A DNA stretch of 64,000 nucleotides from assembly GCA_049599475.1 (NCBI GenBank), contig JBMYOQ010000006.1:1-64000 (forward strand). The letters are read 5' to 3'. Below are positions 48,141 to 58,900 of this stretch, one piece after another (within the stretch, counting starts at the first letter, position 1; every line of letters begins with the position of its first letter). The stretch is from Opitutales bacterium. GTDB lineage: Bacteria > Verrucomicrobiota > Verrucomicrobiia > Opitutales > JABSRG01. The notes beneath the pieces are model-generated. The model saw only the letters and a program-made list of their open reading frames with translations, was not told the DNA's origin and made no database searches. Both the position numbers and the translations under genes were made by a program.

Positions 48141-49730
48141 ATGAAAATATCATCTTTACTCCTACCCGCGATGCTCTCATTGGGCGCCGCTTTCAATCTT
48201 CACGCTAAGGAGCGGCCCAATATCGTATGGATCTTCTCCGATGATCATACCAATCAGGCCATCGGGGCATATGGCGGACCCTTAGCGGCTGTGAATCCGA
48301 CGCCGAATATTGATCGACTCTTCGAAGAGGGCATGCGCTTTGATCATTGCTATGTGGGCAACTCTATCTGCGCTCCCGCGCGTGCGACGCTGCTTACCGG
48401 AAAGCACAGCCATATTCACGGTAAAATCGATAATCACAACCAGTTCGATCACAGCCAAATGCAGTTTCAGAAATTGCTGCAAAAGGGAGGATACCAGACT
48501 GCGATGATTGGCAAAATTCATCTGAGTGGCCCGATGCAAGGCTTCGATTATTGGGAAGTGCTTCCGGGGCAAGGATCATATTATCAGCCGGAATTCCGTA
48601 GTCCCGAAGGAAAGAAATTCTACGAAGGCTATGTCGCCGATATCATTACTGATAAGGCTATCGAATGGATGGCTACCAAGCGCGATGAAGAAAAGCCGTT
48701 TATGGTGATGGTTCATCACAAGGGTACGCACCGCACTTGGAAGGCTGCGCCGCGCCACGTAGGGCTTTATGATGATATGGATCTGCCTATTCCTGATACG
48801 CTCTTCGATGATTACTCGGGGCGTGGTGTTGCGGCAGCAGGATCGGATATGTCGATTAAAGAGACAATGCGTCCAGAGCCAGATTTGAAAATTCGTTCAG
48901 AAGCCGACAAGGCCAAGGGCTTTAAGCAATGGGCAGAGCACAAATACCCGTGGGGTGAAAAGGGTGCGTATTACCGCATGAATGACGAGCAGCGCAAGGT
49001 GTGGGATATTGCCTATGATCCTCGTAACCAAGCGTTTTTCGACGCGAACTACGAAGAAGGCAGTAAGGAGTGGATCGAATGGCGTTACCAGCGCTATGTT
49101 AAGGACTATCTACGCACAGCAAAGAGTATCGACGAAAGCGTCGGCGCAATTTTGGACTATCTGGAAAAAACGGGCTTAGCAGAAAACACAATTGTCATGT
49201 ATTCTTCCGATCAAGGGTTCTACCTCGGAGAGCACGGCTGGTTCGACAAGCGCTTCATGTATGAGGAATCCTTCCGCACGCCCCTTCTTGCGCGCTGGCC
49301 TGGAAAAATTCGCCCAGGGTCTGTTAATAAAGACCTGGTGCAAAATATTGATTTTGCTGAGACATTTCTCGATCTCGCGGGCCTCGAAGCTCCGGAGGAT
49401 ATGCAGGGCGAGAGCATTGTTCCTTTATTGAAGGGTGAAAGGCCTGCTGATTGGCGTGAAGCTCTGTATTACCACTACTACGAGTATCCGGGTATTCACA
49501 GCGTGCGGCGCCATGAAGGCGTAACAGATGGTCGCTGGAAGCTTATCCGCTTCTATGGTCCAGATGTGCCAAGCGGGGAAGAGTTCGAATTGTTCGATAC
49601 AAAAAATGACCCTTCAGAAATGACGAGCGTGTATGCTAATCCTGAGAATGCGAGTACTGTAGAACGCTTGAAAAAGAAACTTTCTGAACTGAAAGAAAAA
49701 TACGAAGTGCCTGAGGAAACGAGCGCCTAG
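48141..49730 (+). CDS. Sulfatase (Cys-type)
   Basis: PNIVWIFSDD, CAPAR, LLTG, GKIH, SDQG, GWFDKR. Confidence 0.93.
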   Translation: MKISSLLLPAMLSLGAAFNLHAKERPNIVWIFSDDHTNQAIGAYGGPLAAVNPTPNIDRLFEEGMRFDHCYVGNSICAPARATLLTGKHSHIHGKIDNHNQFDHSQMQFQKLLQKGGYQTAMIGKIHLSGPMQGFDYWEVLPGQGSYYQPEFRSPEGKKFYEGYVADIITDKAIEWMATKRDEEKPFMVMVHHKGTHRTWKAAPRHVGLYDDMDLPIPDTLFDDYSGRGVAAAGSDMSIKETMRPEPDLKIRSEADKAKGFKQWAEHKYPWGEKGAYYRMNDEQRKVWDIAYDPRNQAFFDANYEEGSKEWIEWRYQRYVKDYLRTAKSIDESVGAILDYLEKTGLAENTIVMYSSDQGFYLGEHGWFDKRFMYEESFRTPLLARWPGKIRPGSVNKDLVQNIDFAETFLDLAGLEAPEDMQGESIVPLLKGERPADWREALYYHYYEYPGIHSVRRHEGVTDGRWKLIRFYGPDVPSGEEFELFDTKNDPSEMTSVYANPENASTVERLKKKLSELKEKYEVPEETSA

Positions 49731-49788
49731 GTGCTCGTTTTTCATTCATTCTGAAGAGACAATCAATCTAACAGTCTAGGGAGTTCCG

Positions 49789-51651
49789 ATGCAAAAACGT
49801 TTATTTATTATACTATCACTGGCAATTACGTCTATCTGGGCGAAGGGCGAAACTGAACGCCCTAATGTTCTCTGGATTGTGAGTGAGGACAATGGGCAGT
49901 TACTTGGTTGTTATGGTGATGAAAATGCGAATACGCCGCATTTAGATAAGTTGGCAACAAACGGCATACGCTACACGAACTCGTATGCGAATGCGCCCGT
50001 TTGTGCGGTGGCGCGAAGTAGTTGGATTTTTGGGACTCCCGCAGTTTCCACGGGAACACTCCATATGCGTTCTAAGTATTTGGTACCTCGTGACACTTTC
50101 AGGGCCTACCCTGAGGTGTTTCGAGACGCCGGATACTATGTGACGAACAATTCTAAGACCGATTACAACACGCACTCGATCGATTCAAAGAAAATATGGC
50201 ATGAGTCTTCTAGGAAAGCTCACTACAAGAATCGTGAAGAAGGCCAGCCCTTCTTTGCTATTTTCAATATCGGTCAATCGCATGAAAGTGGAATCTTTAA
50301 AGCGGCTTCGAGACAGTCTGAGAATTTTCGTGTAAAACCTGAGGATGTGAACTTGCCTCCATATCAGGCGGACACCCCAGAGACGCGCAAAGACTGGCAA
50401 TTTTATTACGAGCGGCTAGAACTAATGGATGAGCTGGTCGGAAAACGAATCTCCGAATTGGAGGAGCTCGGTGTGGCGGAGAATACGATTATTCTGTATT
50501 GTTCCGATCATGGCGGAATTACGCTCCGAAGTAAGCGCTTCCTTCACGACTCAGGCACGCGTATCCCATTGATCGCATACTTTCCTGAGAAATGGAAGCA
50601 CCTGGCGCCGGAAGAAGCAGGGACTGTGTCGGATCGCTTGGTTCAGTTTATAGATATGCCGAAAACATGGCTTAATCTAGCTGGTATCGAAGCCCCAGAT
50701 ACAATGACTGGTAATGTATTCCTTGGGGAAAATGTAGATCCTCCACCTGATAGCGTCTTTTTATTTTCGGGCCGGTTTGACGAATCTCCTGATAACTCGC
50801 GAGCGGTCACGGATGGTCGCTGGAAGTATATCCGTAATTTTGAGTCGGATCGGCTGCGCTTTCAAATGCTCACATATCCCATGCGTCACGAGGGGCAGCG
50901 GAGTCAGTGGGAGGCCTACGATTCGGGTGACTTGAACGCGCATCAATCCGCTCAATACATGCCTCAGCCTGCAGAAGAGCTCTACGACACGCTCAATGAT
51001 CCGCATGAAGTGAATAATTTGGCTGCCAACGAGCCCGCGATATTGGCGAAGATGCGTGAGCGCTTGCGCGAGCATGTGTTCGAGAATCGCGACTTGGGAT
51101 TTATTCCGGAGCCTTTGATGGTGCGTATCAATGAATCGGCCAGCACAACTATTTTTGAATGGGGGCAGTCGGAGGCAAATTATCCCCTCGAGCGCGTGTA
51201 TGATTTGGCGCTCAAGGCTTCGGACAAAAATCCTGAAAACCTGAATACATTTATCGCTGTTCTCTCTGATCCCAACACAAGCATTCGCTATTGGGGTGCA
51301 GTCGGGATACGCGCCTTGGGCGAAAACGCAAAGCCTGCCCAGGGTGCTTTGAGAAAAGCACTCCGGGATGAAGCGCTTTCTGTGAGAATACCCGCCGCGG
51401 TCGCTCTGGCCAAGCAAGGGGCGCGTGATGAGATGCTGGCGTTTCTACTCGAAGCGTTTAAGTCCGCCGAAAATGACATTCAAGGTGCTTGGGCCTTGGA
51501 TGGTATCAAGCTTTTGGATGCGCCAGAAGTGCTTCAAGCGCATGATCCCGCCAAACTCCTAGCGCTGGCGAAGGGAAATTATTCCAAGCGCATTATCGAG
51601 GTGCTTCTGGCTGAGGGTTCGGCCTACAAAATGCCGAATAAGAAGCTGTAG
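49789..51651 (+). CDS. Sulfatase with C-terminal HEAT-like repeats
   Basis: PNVLWIVSED, CAVAR, SDHG, ELYD..DPHEVNNLA. Confidence 0.9.
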   Translation: MQKRLFIILSLAITSIWAKGETERPNVLWIVSEDNGQLLGCYGDENANTPHLDKLATNGIRYTNSYANAPVCAVARSSWIFGTPAVSTGTLHMRSKYLVPRDTFRAYPEVFRDAGYYVTNNSKTDYNTHSIDSKKIWHESSRKAHYKNREEGQPFFAIFNIGQSHESGIFKAASRQSENFRVKPEDVNLPPYQADTPETRKDWQFYYERLELMDELVGKRISELEELGVAENTIILYCSDHGGITLRSKRFLHDSGTRIPLIAYFPEKWKHLAPEEAGTVSDRLVQFIDMPKTWLNLAGIEAPDTMTGNVFLGENVDPPPDSVFLFSGRFDESPDNSRAVTDGRWKYIRNFESDRLRFQMLTYPMRHEGQRSQWEAYDSGDLNAHQSAQYMPQPAEELYDTLNDPHEVNNLAANEPAILAKMRERLREHVFENRDLGFIPEPLMVRINESASTTIFEWGQSEANYPLERVYDLALKASDKNPENLNTFIAVLSDPNTSIRYWGAVGIRALGENAKPAQGALRKALRDEALSVRIPAAVALAKQGARDEMLAFLLEAFKSAENDIQGAWALDGIKLLDAPEVLQAHDPAKLLALAKGNYSKRIIEVLLAEGSAYKMPNKKL

Positions 51652-51668
51652 AGGGGCGAAGGTGTTTC

Positions 51669-51784
51669 GGTAGCGCCCACTCTCCGAGCGGGCGGCTCTG
51701 TGAATAATGTCCTGTCTGTATCACGGATTTGCATTGCCATCCCCGGCATCGCCTCCGTCCACCGCTCGGAGAGCGGCGGCTACC
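51669..51784. repeat. GTAG REP doublet related to the cassette
   Basis: GGTAGCGCCCACTCTCCGAGCGG ... CCGCTCGGAGAGCGGCGGCTACC. Confidence 0.75.
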
Positions 51785-51805
51785 CATAGGTAACTGTTAT
51801 GTCGC

Positions 51806-52891
51806 TTACTTCTGCGTCACGCAGGGATAGCTGCCGAGCCATTTGATGAAGAGGCAGCATTTCTCGAGTTCTTTATAGGCTTCCTGCACGACGGGCTCGT
51901 CGAAATGGCCCACAAGATCGATAAAGAAATAATACTCCCACGGCTTCAAGCGGGTGGGGCGGGATTCAATCTTGCAAAGGTTGATGCCGCGTTTGCTGAA
52001 AGGCTCGAGGACTTTCTGTAGGGCCGATACTTCGTCGCGAACCGAGAGGACGAGGCTGGTGCGGTCGCGTCCGTTGCCGATAGCGGGAGATGGAGTATCG
52101 CCGATTACCAAGAAGCGTGTGCTGTTGTCCATCCGGTCTTGGATGCTCTTAGCGACAACGCCGACTTGGTGGCTTTGGGCGGCTAATTCGCTTCCGATAG
52201 CAGCGCCATTTTCCGAATCCTTAGCGATTAGGACACCCTTTGCGGTGCTATCCACTTCGATGAGCTCGGCATTGGGCAAATGTCTGTTGAGCCAATCACG
52301 GCACTGGCTGAGCGCCTGGTCTTTTGAATATACCTTGGTGATCTTATCGACCGGATGGTCGGAGATCAGGCAGTGCTCCACAGGGAGGAAAACCTCTGAA
52401 ATGATCTTCAAGTCGCTGTCGACGAGAATTTCCTGGGAGTGGTTTACTGCGCCGCCTGTTGAGTTCTCAATCGGGAATACGCCGTAATCTGCTTCGCCGC
52501 GCTCGACTTCGAGAATCACATCTTGGATCGTCTTCATCGGACGGTAATCCAGAGAGGATCCGAAATTTTTGATGGCTGCCTGGTGGGTGAACGTGGCTTC
52601 GGGTCCCAGGTAAGCGATGATCAGCTTTTTCTCGAGAGAGATCGAGGCTGAGATAATTTCGCGCCAAATAGAGCGAATGGCGCTATCAGTGAGTGGGCCC
52701 TTGTTTAGCTTTGAAAGCTTGTCGAAAATCAGTTGCTCGCGGCTGGGCACGTAGATGCTGCCGCCTTCGCGCATTTTAATCTTTCCGACTTCTCCCGCCA
52801 GGCGAACGCGTTCGTTGAGCAAGCCGATGATCTCGTTGTCGATCTTATCGATGTTTTGCCGAAGGGGGCCGAGGGCTTCTTGAATATTCAT
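51806..52891 (-). CDS. pheA: Chorismate mutase/prephenate dehydratase
   Basis: LRQNIDKID, YLGPEATFTH, PIENSTGG, TRF, IESRP. Confidence 0.95.
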   Translation of the reverse strand: MNIQEALGPLRQNIDKIDNEIIGLLNERVRLAGEVGKIKMREGGSIYVPSREQLIFDKLSKLNKGPLTDSAIRSIWREIISASISLEKKLIIAYLGPEATFTHQAAIKNFGSSLDYRPMKTIQDVILEVERGEADYGVFPIENSTGGAVNHSQEILVDSDLKIISEVFLPVEHCLISDHPVDKITKVYSKDQALSQCRDWLNRHLPNAELIEVDSTAKGVLIAKDSENGAAIGSELAAQSHQVGVVAKSIQDRMDNSTRFLVIGDTPSPAIGNGRDRTSLVLSVRDEVSALQKVLEPFSKRGINLCKIESRPTRLKPWEYYFFIDLVGHFDEPVVQEAYKELEKCCLFIKWLGSYPCVTQK

Positions 52892-52906
52892 GTCGCGTGG
52901 CAATCT

Positions 52907-53821
52907 CTAGCGGTTCTCGGACTCGCTGTCCGTTTCCTCGGAATCTTCAGAGTTTTCTGCATCCTCATTGTCGTCATCGAAGTCAGTATCGATATACGAT
53001 TCCTCGGATGCTTCGATGGGTTCGTATGGCTCGGATGCGGGCTCAGGCTCTTCGGGCGCGGCCTCGGGTTCTTCAACGGTTTCAGACTCAGCCGATTCGG
53101 GCTCCGTTCTGTCGGAATCCATCTCGATTTCGGACTGAGTGGGCTCATCGGAAGGTAGGCCGACGTCGGAATCGCTGATTTGCTCGGGATTCTGAGCATC
53201 GCGGATCCACGTATCGAGTTGATTGCGGGAAACGACGTCGCTGGCCGGAAGCTCTTCGAGGGATTTGATCCCGGCAAATTCCATGAACAGCTCGGTCGTG
53301 CCATACTGTAGTGGGCGACCTGGCAGCTCGGCGCGGCCCATGATGTGGATGAGCTCCAGCTCTAAAAGTTTGTGCACAGCACTGTCTACCGAAACGCCGC
53401 GTATCGTCTCCATTTCGGAGCGGGTTACGGGCTGGCGGTAGGCGATGATGGAAAGGGTCTCGAGTGCCGCAGGGCTTAGGCGCAGCGGGCGTGGTTGGTT
53501 ACGCAGAAGGCGAATCCACTCTGAATATTCGGGTGCTGTCGCTAGTTTGAAGCCTTGTGGGCCTTCGATGATACGAAAGACAGAGTTGCTCTCGACATAG
53601 TCGCTGCGAATGGAGTCGATCGCTTCGCGGATGTCTGAGGCAGTTACCAGCGAGGGTACTTCGGGCTTTTTCTCTTCGCCTTCTTCCTGTTTTTCCTCCT
53701 CTTCGCTCTGGGCATGTTCCTCGTGGTAACGGGTCAACACGCGTTGCACTGTCTCGGTGGAAACAGCTTCGGAAGTTGATAGCAGAAGGGCCTGCAGGAG
53801 ATTTTTGAGGTTAAATTCCAT
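52907..53821 (-). CDS. scpB: SMC-ScpAB subunit ScpB with acidic tail
   Basis: LSPAALETLSIIAYRQPVTRSEMETIRGV, PGRPLQYGTT. Confidence 0.95.
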   Translation of the reverse strand: MEFNLKNLLQALLLSTSEAVSTETVQRVLTRYHEEHAQSEEEEKQEEGEEKKPEVPSLVTASDIREAIDSIRSDYVESNSVFRIIEGPQGFKLATAPEYSEWIRLLRNQPRPLRLSPAALETLSIIAYRQPVTRSEMETIRGVSVDSAVHKLLELELIHIMGRAELPGRPLQYGTTELFMEFAGIKSLEELPASDVVSRNQLDTWIRDAQNPEQISDSDVGLPSDEPTQSEIEMDSDRTEPESAESETVEEPEAAPEEPEPASEPYEPIEASEESYIDTDFDDDNEDAENSEDSEETDSESENR

Positions 53822-53972
53822 AAATAAAACGTTGCCGGAAGCGGGCTCCAGTCCTTGTGTGGACCGCCTCGATCAACCTTTCTTGGAGGAGAATCCTTCA
53901 ACTAGGGGATTTTCGAGTTGAGTGGCAACATTCAAAAACCCAAGCGCATACAATACTTTTTCCCAGAGACAA

Positions 53973-55676
53973 GTGAGCAAAGAGATCGACCCGAAGCGTC
54001 CTTTTTCATCCATCGTTGTAGATGGTAACGATCGTGCCCCGGCGCGTTCAATGTTGCGGGCAACAGGATTTACCGACGAGGACTTCAAAAAACCTCAAGT
54101 CGGGATCGCAAGCACCTGGAGTGATTTGACTCCGTGTAACATGCATATCAACGAGCTGGCGGAGGCCGCTGGAACAGGTGTGGATGACGCAGGGGGCAAA
54201 CCCGTGACTTTTGGAACGATCACCGTATCAGATGGTATTTCCATGGGCACACAGGGCATGCGTTACAGCCTGGTATCTCGCGAGGTGATTGCTGATTCGA
54301 TTGAGACGGTGACTGCTGCTGAAGGCTTTGATGGCCTTATCGCGATCGGGGGCTGTGATAAAAACATGCCGGGCTGTATGATTGCCATTGCGCGCCTCAA
54401 TCGCCCGTCTGTTTTTGTGTATGGTGGAACGATCCTTCCTGGCCTGCACCGCGAAAAGGCAGTCGATATCGTATCGATCTTCGAAGCTGTAGGTCAGCAC
54501 GCGAAGGGCGAAATCGACGACGCTGAGCTCAAGGAAGTAGAGAAAACGTGTATCCCTGGCCCAGGTTCTTGTGGCGGTATGTATACGGCGAATTCTATGG
54601 CTTCGACCATTGAAGCACTGGGTATGAGTCTTCCGGGAAGCAGTGCTCAGCTCGCAGTCTCGAAGGACAAGCGCGAGGATTGTCGCGCTGCCGGTGCTGC
54701 GGTCTTGAAGCAGATCGAGATGGGGCTCAAGCCACGTGATATTTTGACCCGTAAGGCCTTCGAAAATGCGATCACGGTCGGTATCGCGCTTGGGGGCTCG
54801 ACAAACATTGTCCTTCACCTGCTTGCTATTGCACATGCCGCTGGAGTGGACGTGACGATTGATGACTTTGAAGAGATTGGTGAGCGCATTCCGCTTCTCT
54901 GCGATGTGAAGCCATTTGGCCGCTACAACATGAGCCACCTAATCCGGATCGGAGGCATTCGCCCGCTCATGAAGGAGCTGCTTGATCGTGGCCTTCTTCA
55001 CGGGGATGCGATGACGTGCACCGGCAAGACTTTGGCAGAATCGCTCGAAGGGGTTCAGCCTTACCCGGCTTATCCTTCGGAGCAGGACATTGTGCGCCCA
55101 TGGGATGACCCGATTAAGTCCACATCTCACCTCCGCATTCTCCGTGGTAACTTGGCTCCGACCTGTGCGGTTGGAAAGATTACCGGTAAAGAAGGGCTCT
55201 ACTTTAAGGGCACTGCTAAGGTTTACGAAGGTGAAGAAGATGCGCTTCAGGGTATTTTGCGCGGTGATGTCGTCTCGGGCGATGTTGTTGTTATTCGCAA
55301 TGAAGGCCCGGTCGGGGGCCCCGGTATGCGTGAAATGCTTTCGCCTACAAGTGCTGTTGCCGGACGCGGTTTGATCAAAGAAGTAGCCTTGATCACTGAC
55401 GGTCGTTTCTCGGGAGGCAGCCATGGATTTGATGTCGGCCACATCACCCCAGAGGCCGCCAACGGCGGACCGATCGGGATTGTGAAATCGGGCGATACCA
55501 TCGAGATCGATGCGGAAAAAAACAGCATTAACCTGCTCATTCCTGATGACGAATACGCCGCGCGGATGGAAGCTTTCACAGGCTCCGGAAGCCCAGAAAA
55601 ACTGGGTGTCTTGGGCAAGTATGCAAAGCTCGTCGCTTCCGCCTCCGAAGGCGCTGTAACGGATAAGGGCCTATAA
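53973..55676 (+). CDS. ilvD: Dihydroxy-acid dehydratase
   Basis: PCNMH, GCDKN, GSCGGMYTANSM, TDGRFSG; GTG 53973 preferred. Confidence 0.96.
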   Translation: MSKEIDPKRPFSSIVVDGNDRAPARSMLRATGFTDEDFKKPQVGIASTWSDLTPCNMHINELAEAAGTGVDDAGGKPVTFGTITVSDGISMGTQGMRYSLVSREVIADSIETVTAAEGFDGLIAIGGCDKNMPGCMIAIARLNRPSVFVYGGTILPGLHREKAVDIVSIFEAVGQHAKGEIDDAELKEVEKTCIPGPGSCGGMYTANSMASTIEALGMSLPGSSAQLAVSKDKREDCRAAGAAVLKQIEMGLKPRDILTRKAFENAITVGIALGGSTNIVLHLLAIAHAAGVDVTIDDFEEIGERIPLLCDVKPFGRYNMSHLIRIGGIRPLMKELLDRGLLHGDAMTCTGKTLAESLEGVQPYPAYPSEQDIVRPWDDPIKSTSHLRILRGNLAPTCAVGKITGKEGLYFKGTAKVYEGEEDALQGILRGDVVSGDVVVIRNEGPVGGPGMREMLSPTSAVAGRGLIKEVALITDGRFSGGSHGFDVGHITPEAANGGPIGIVKSGDTIEIDAEKNSINLLIPDDEYAARMEAFTGSGSPEKLGVLGKYAKLVASASEGAVTDKGL

Positions 55677-55791
55677 GTCCTCGATACTGTCACATTAAAC
55701 CTTTTAACTTCCAGCTAATTGCAGATTGGCGGGGCATCTCCACAACCTCCAATTCTCTCTCAGCAATTAAACATTACTAACACTGATACCT

Positions 55792-57372
55792 ATGTCTTGG
55801 GACCGCTTCCAAAAAGAATACCTTCACCTTGATGAGCTTGGCTTCGCCATCGACACCAGTCGCATGGATTTTGCAGATGATTTCTTCGCATCGATGGAGG
55901 GCAAGTGGACCGCAGCTTCAAAAGCTATGGCAGAACTTGAGGGGGGCGCGATTGCGAACCCTGATGAAGAGCGCATGGTGGGGCACTACTGGTTGCGTGC
56001 ACCAGAGCTGGCCCCGAGTGCGGATTTGACTGCGGATATCAAGGCTGCGGTAAAGCAGATTCACGACATCGCGGCAGGCGTTCACTCGGGTGAAATCGCC
56101 GGAGCGGACGGTGCTTTTGAAAACATCCTTATCATCGGTATTGGCGGTTCGGCATTGGGGCCGCAGTTCGTCGCGCAAGCTCTCGGCCATCCATCCGAGG
56201 ACAAGATGGGTGTTTATTTCTTTGATAACACCGACCCTGAAGGCATCGACTTGGTCCTCGCTTCACTGAGCGGTAAGCTGTCGAAGACATTGAGCATCGT
56301 GATCTCAAAGTCTGGTGGCACGCCTGAAACACGCAACGGCATGCTCGAGGCTAAGGCAGCCTATGAGGCCCTGGGGCTGGATTTCGCAAAGCACGCGATC
56401 GCTATCACCGGAGAGGGCTCAAAGCTCGACAAAGTTGCTGAATCCGAAGGCTGGATCGCGCGCCTCCCAATGTGGGACTGGGTCGGCGGTCGTACTTCTG
56501 AGTTGGCTACTGTTGGATTGCTTCCAGCTGCACTCCAAGGTCTCGACATCGATAGCCTTCTCGCGGGTGCCGCGAAAATGGACATCGCCACACGTGGAGC
56601 GGATTATAACACAAACCCTGCGGCTCTGTTGGCTCTATCTTGGTATCACGCGACGAACGGTAAGGGCGAAAAGGACATGGTTATCCTTCCTTACAAAGAT
56701 CGCTTGATGCTCTTCTCAAAATATCTCCAGCAGCTCGTTATGGAGTCTCTGGGTAAGGAGAAGGATCTCGATGGTGAGACTGTCCTGCAAGGTATTGCGG
56801 TATATGGAAACAAGGGATCTACCGATCAGCACGCATATGTGCAGCAGTTGCGTGAAGGTGTGCCTAATTTCTACGCAGTTTTCATCGAGGTGCTCAAGGA
56901 CCGCGCAGGTGAGTCTATCGAAGTGGAGCCTGGCATCACTACCGGTGACTACTTGCATGGCTTCCTTCTCGGAACACGCGATGCTCTTTACGAAACCGGT
57001 CGCCAGTCGGTGACACTTACAGTCGAGTCAGTGACTCCCGAAACTGTGGGTATGCTCATCGCTCTCTTCGAGCGTGCCGTCGGGTTCTATGCTTCATTCG
57101 TAAACATCAATGCTTACCACCAGCCAGGTGTTGAAGCTGGCAAGAAGGCAGCGGCATCTGTCCTCGATCTTCAGAAGGCTTTGGTCGCGAATCTGCCGAC
57201 TGCAGAGGCCGATGCAATTAGTGCTGAAGAGCTCGCAAAAGCGGCTGGAATGCCCGAGATGGCGGAAACTGCCTTCAAGTTGCTCAATAGATTGGCGACA
57301 AATCCGTTAAACAATGTAAAAATCATCTTGGAAAGTCCGGTAACATCGTCCACATTCTTTAGACTCTGTTAA
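55792..57372 (+). CDS. pgi: Glucose-6-phosphate isomerase
   Basis: [42 protein letters not shown]. Confidence 0.96.
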   Translation: MSWDRFQKEYLHLDELGFAIDTSRMDFADDFFASMEGKWTAASKAMAELEGGAIANPDEERMVGHYWLRAPELAPSADLTADIKAAVKQIHDIAAGVHSGEIAGADGAFENILIIGIGGSALGPQFVAQALGHPSEDKMGVYFFDNTDPEGIDLVLASLSGKLSKTLSIVISKSGGTPETRNGMLEAKAAYEALGLDFAKHAIAITGEGSKLDKVAESEGWIARLPMWDWVGGRTSELATVGLLPAALQGLDIDSLLAGAAKMDIATRGADYNTNPAALLALSWYHATNGKGEKDMVILPYKDRLMLFSKYLQQLVMESLGKEKDLDGETVLQGIAVYGNKGSTDQHAYVQQLREGVPNFYAVFIEVLKDRAGESIEVEPGITTGDYLHGFLLGTRDALYETGRQSVTLTVESVTPETVGMLIALFERAVGFYASFVNINAYHQPGVEAGKKAAASVLDLQKALVANLPTAEADAISAEELAKAAGMPEMAETAFKLLNRLATNPLNNVKIILESPVTSSTFFRLC

Positions 57373-57401
57373 CCTCCACACTATCCTAACCTACCCCTAT
57401 C

Positions 57402-58214
57402 ATGAAGATACTGTCCATTCTGTTCACAGTACTCGCACTTGTCGCCGCCGGCGGATCTGGCGGCGTATATTTCCTAACTAAGGGAAAACTCGAAGAAGCG
57501 AATGCTGAATTAAAATCGACTCGTGGTTCATTGGACACTGCTCAGGACGAGCTTGGGAAGGCAAAGACTCAGATTCTATCTACTGAGCAGCTCCTCAAGA
57601 ATACGCGTTCCGAGTTGGCAGACGCAAAACAGCAAAGCTCTTCTTTGAGCCGCAAATTGGTGTCACTCCAAACCACAGCCCAGGAAGCCCAAGACAAGAT
57701 CACTTCGCTCGAAGGTCAGGTGTCTGAAGCTCAAAAAGACAACGCAAATCTCCGTAAGGAACTTTTGACTCGTGCGAATGCGCAACCCGAAGACAACGGG
57801 GGTGCGAGTGCAGAAGAGGTAGAAGCCTTCAAGACTGAGATCGCTGAATTGGAAGAGAAAGTTTCTTCTCTCGAATCTCAGATGGCAAGCGGCGCGGTTG
57901 CTCCAAGTCCTGCTGTAATGGCTGCGGCGAGCCCCAATTCTGGCGCTTCTGCATCCTTCAGCACAGTGCCCACGGGCAACATCGAAGGCACAATTGCTCG
58001 CGTAAATTCTCAGTCTGGAATTTTGGTCCTGGCTAAGGGAAGCGATCACGGGATCCAGCCAAACGGCGAATACACCTTGAAGAAGAGTGGTTATGTTCTC
58101 GCTAAGGTGAGAGTTACTAAACTGACTCCTGACCACACGGTGGCGACAATCATTCCTAATATCGGTATTCCAAATAGCTTGCGCATCGGTGATTCAGTAG
58201 ACATCACTCGATAA
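57402..58214 (+). CDS. Membrane-anchored coiled-coil protein with C-terminal beta domain
   Basis: N-terminal TM, long heptad region, GTIARVNSQSGILVL...GSDHGI. Confidence 0.75.
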   Translation: MKILSILFTVLALVAAGGSGGVYFLTKGKLEEANAELKSTRGSLDTAQDELGKAKTQILSTEQLLKNTRSELADAKQQSSSLSRKLVSLQTTAQEAQDKITSLEGQVSEAQKDNANLRKELLTRANAQPEDNGGASAEEVEAFKTEIAELEEKVSSLESQMASGAVAPSPAVMAAASPNSGASASFSTVPTGNIEGTIARVNSQSGILVLAKGSDHGIQPNGEYTLKKSGYVLAKVRVTKLTPDHTVATIIPNIGIPNSLRIGDSVDITR

Positions 58215-58215
58215 C

Positions 58216-58380
58216 ATGCCTTTTCTAAAAACTCTTTTCAAAATCGCGCTACTGGCCTTCGCGGCCTTGGGACTCAATGGCTGTTTCGACGCCTCAGCAG
58301 ACGATTCTCAGATCCCTTGGGGACGTCCCGCTGAGTTTGAAAACAGAGGCCCAGGAATGGGACCAGGAAGTACCTACTAA
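58216..58380 (+). CDS. Small lipoprotein (54 aa), absent from the ORF track
   Basis: MPFLKTLFKIALLAFAALGLNGC...IPWGRPAEFE; starts 1 nt after the upstream stop. Confidence 0.75.
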   Translation: MPFLKTLFKIALLAFAALGLNGCFDASADDSQIPWGRPAEFENRGPGMGPGSTY

Positions 58381-58384
58381 TTTC

Positions 58385-58418
58385 AAAACCGGTTCACGCA
58401 AGTGAGCCGTTTTTTTTG
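58385..58418 (+). terminator. Intrinsic terminator
   Basis: CGGTTCAC-GCAA-GTGAGCCG followed by a T-run. Confidence 0.8.
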
Positions 58419-58549
58419 CGTACCGATGCGAGTTAGGCGCTTTCTCGTCTATTTTGATGGCTAAAGCAGGGCGAACTTGTCCCGGCGATACCGATTTCGA
58501 AATTTAATGATCCCTTAAGTACATGGCTATCTTTGTTAGATCCAGTATG

Positions 58550-58696
58550 ATACCGTTTCGCAAATTGCCATGAGCAAAAGGTAGCGCGCTTCGTCCTCGA
58601 AGCGCATTGCGTTTAAGCCGACCCTCAGGCCCTAATGCGGATCGAGACGATCCGCGCTACCTTTTTCATTTAATCAGGCCTTTCGCGAACCGGTAT
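58550..58696. mobile_element. TIR-bounded MITE-like shell carrying a GTAG REP doublet (58580-58661)
   Basis: ATACCGTTTCGCAAA ... TTCGCGAACCGGTAT (13/15 inverted match). Confidence 0.6.
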
Positions 58697-58900
58697 GAGA
58701 GGTGGTTGAGCGGGCTCCCTAGGCTCACAGTGGCTGCCTCGGAGATTCAGCCCTACCACTCGCTCTTTGAGAGTGTGGATTTGTCAGAATAAAGGAAAGC
58801 ACTCATGAGGAGCGGCCGATAAAGAGTCTCAAGTATGAATCGATGTCTGTCTTGAGCCCGCAATGATCCAGCGGAGGTGCCGAGCCTGGTGAAAGCGGGC

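Noticed and set aside
58697..58900. RNase P RNA or 6S RNA downstream of the zinc-ribbon gene
   Set aside because: Hairpins are present, but there is no GAGGAAAGTCC or ACAGAA...GGCTTA consensus and no long central-bubble duplex.
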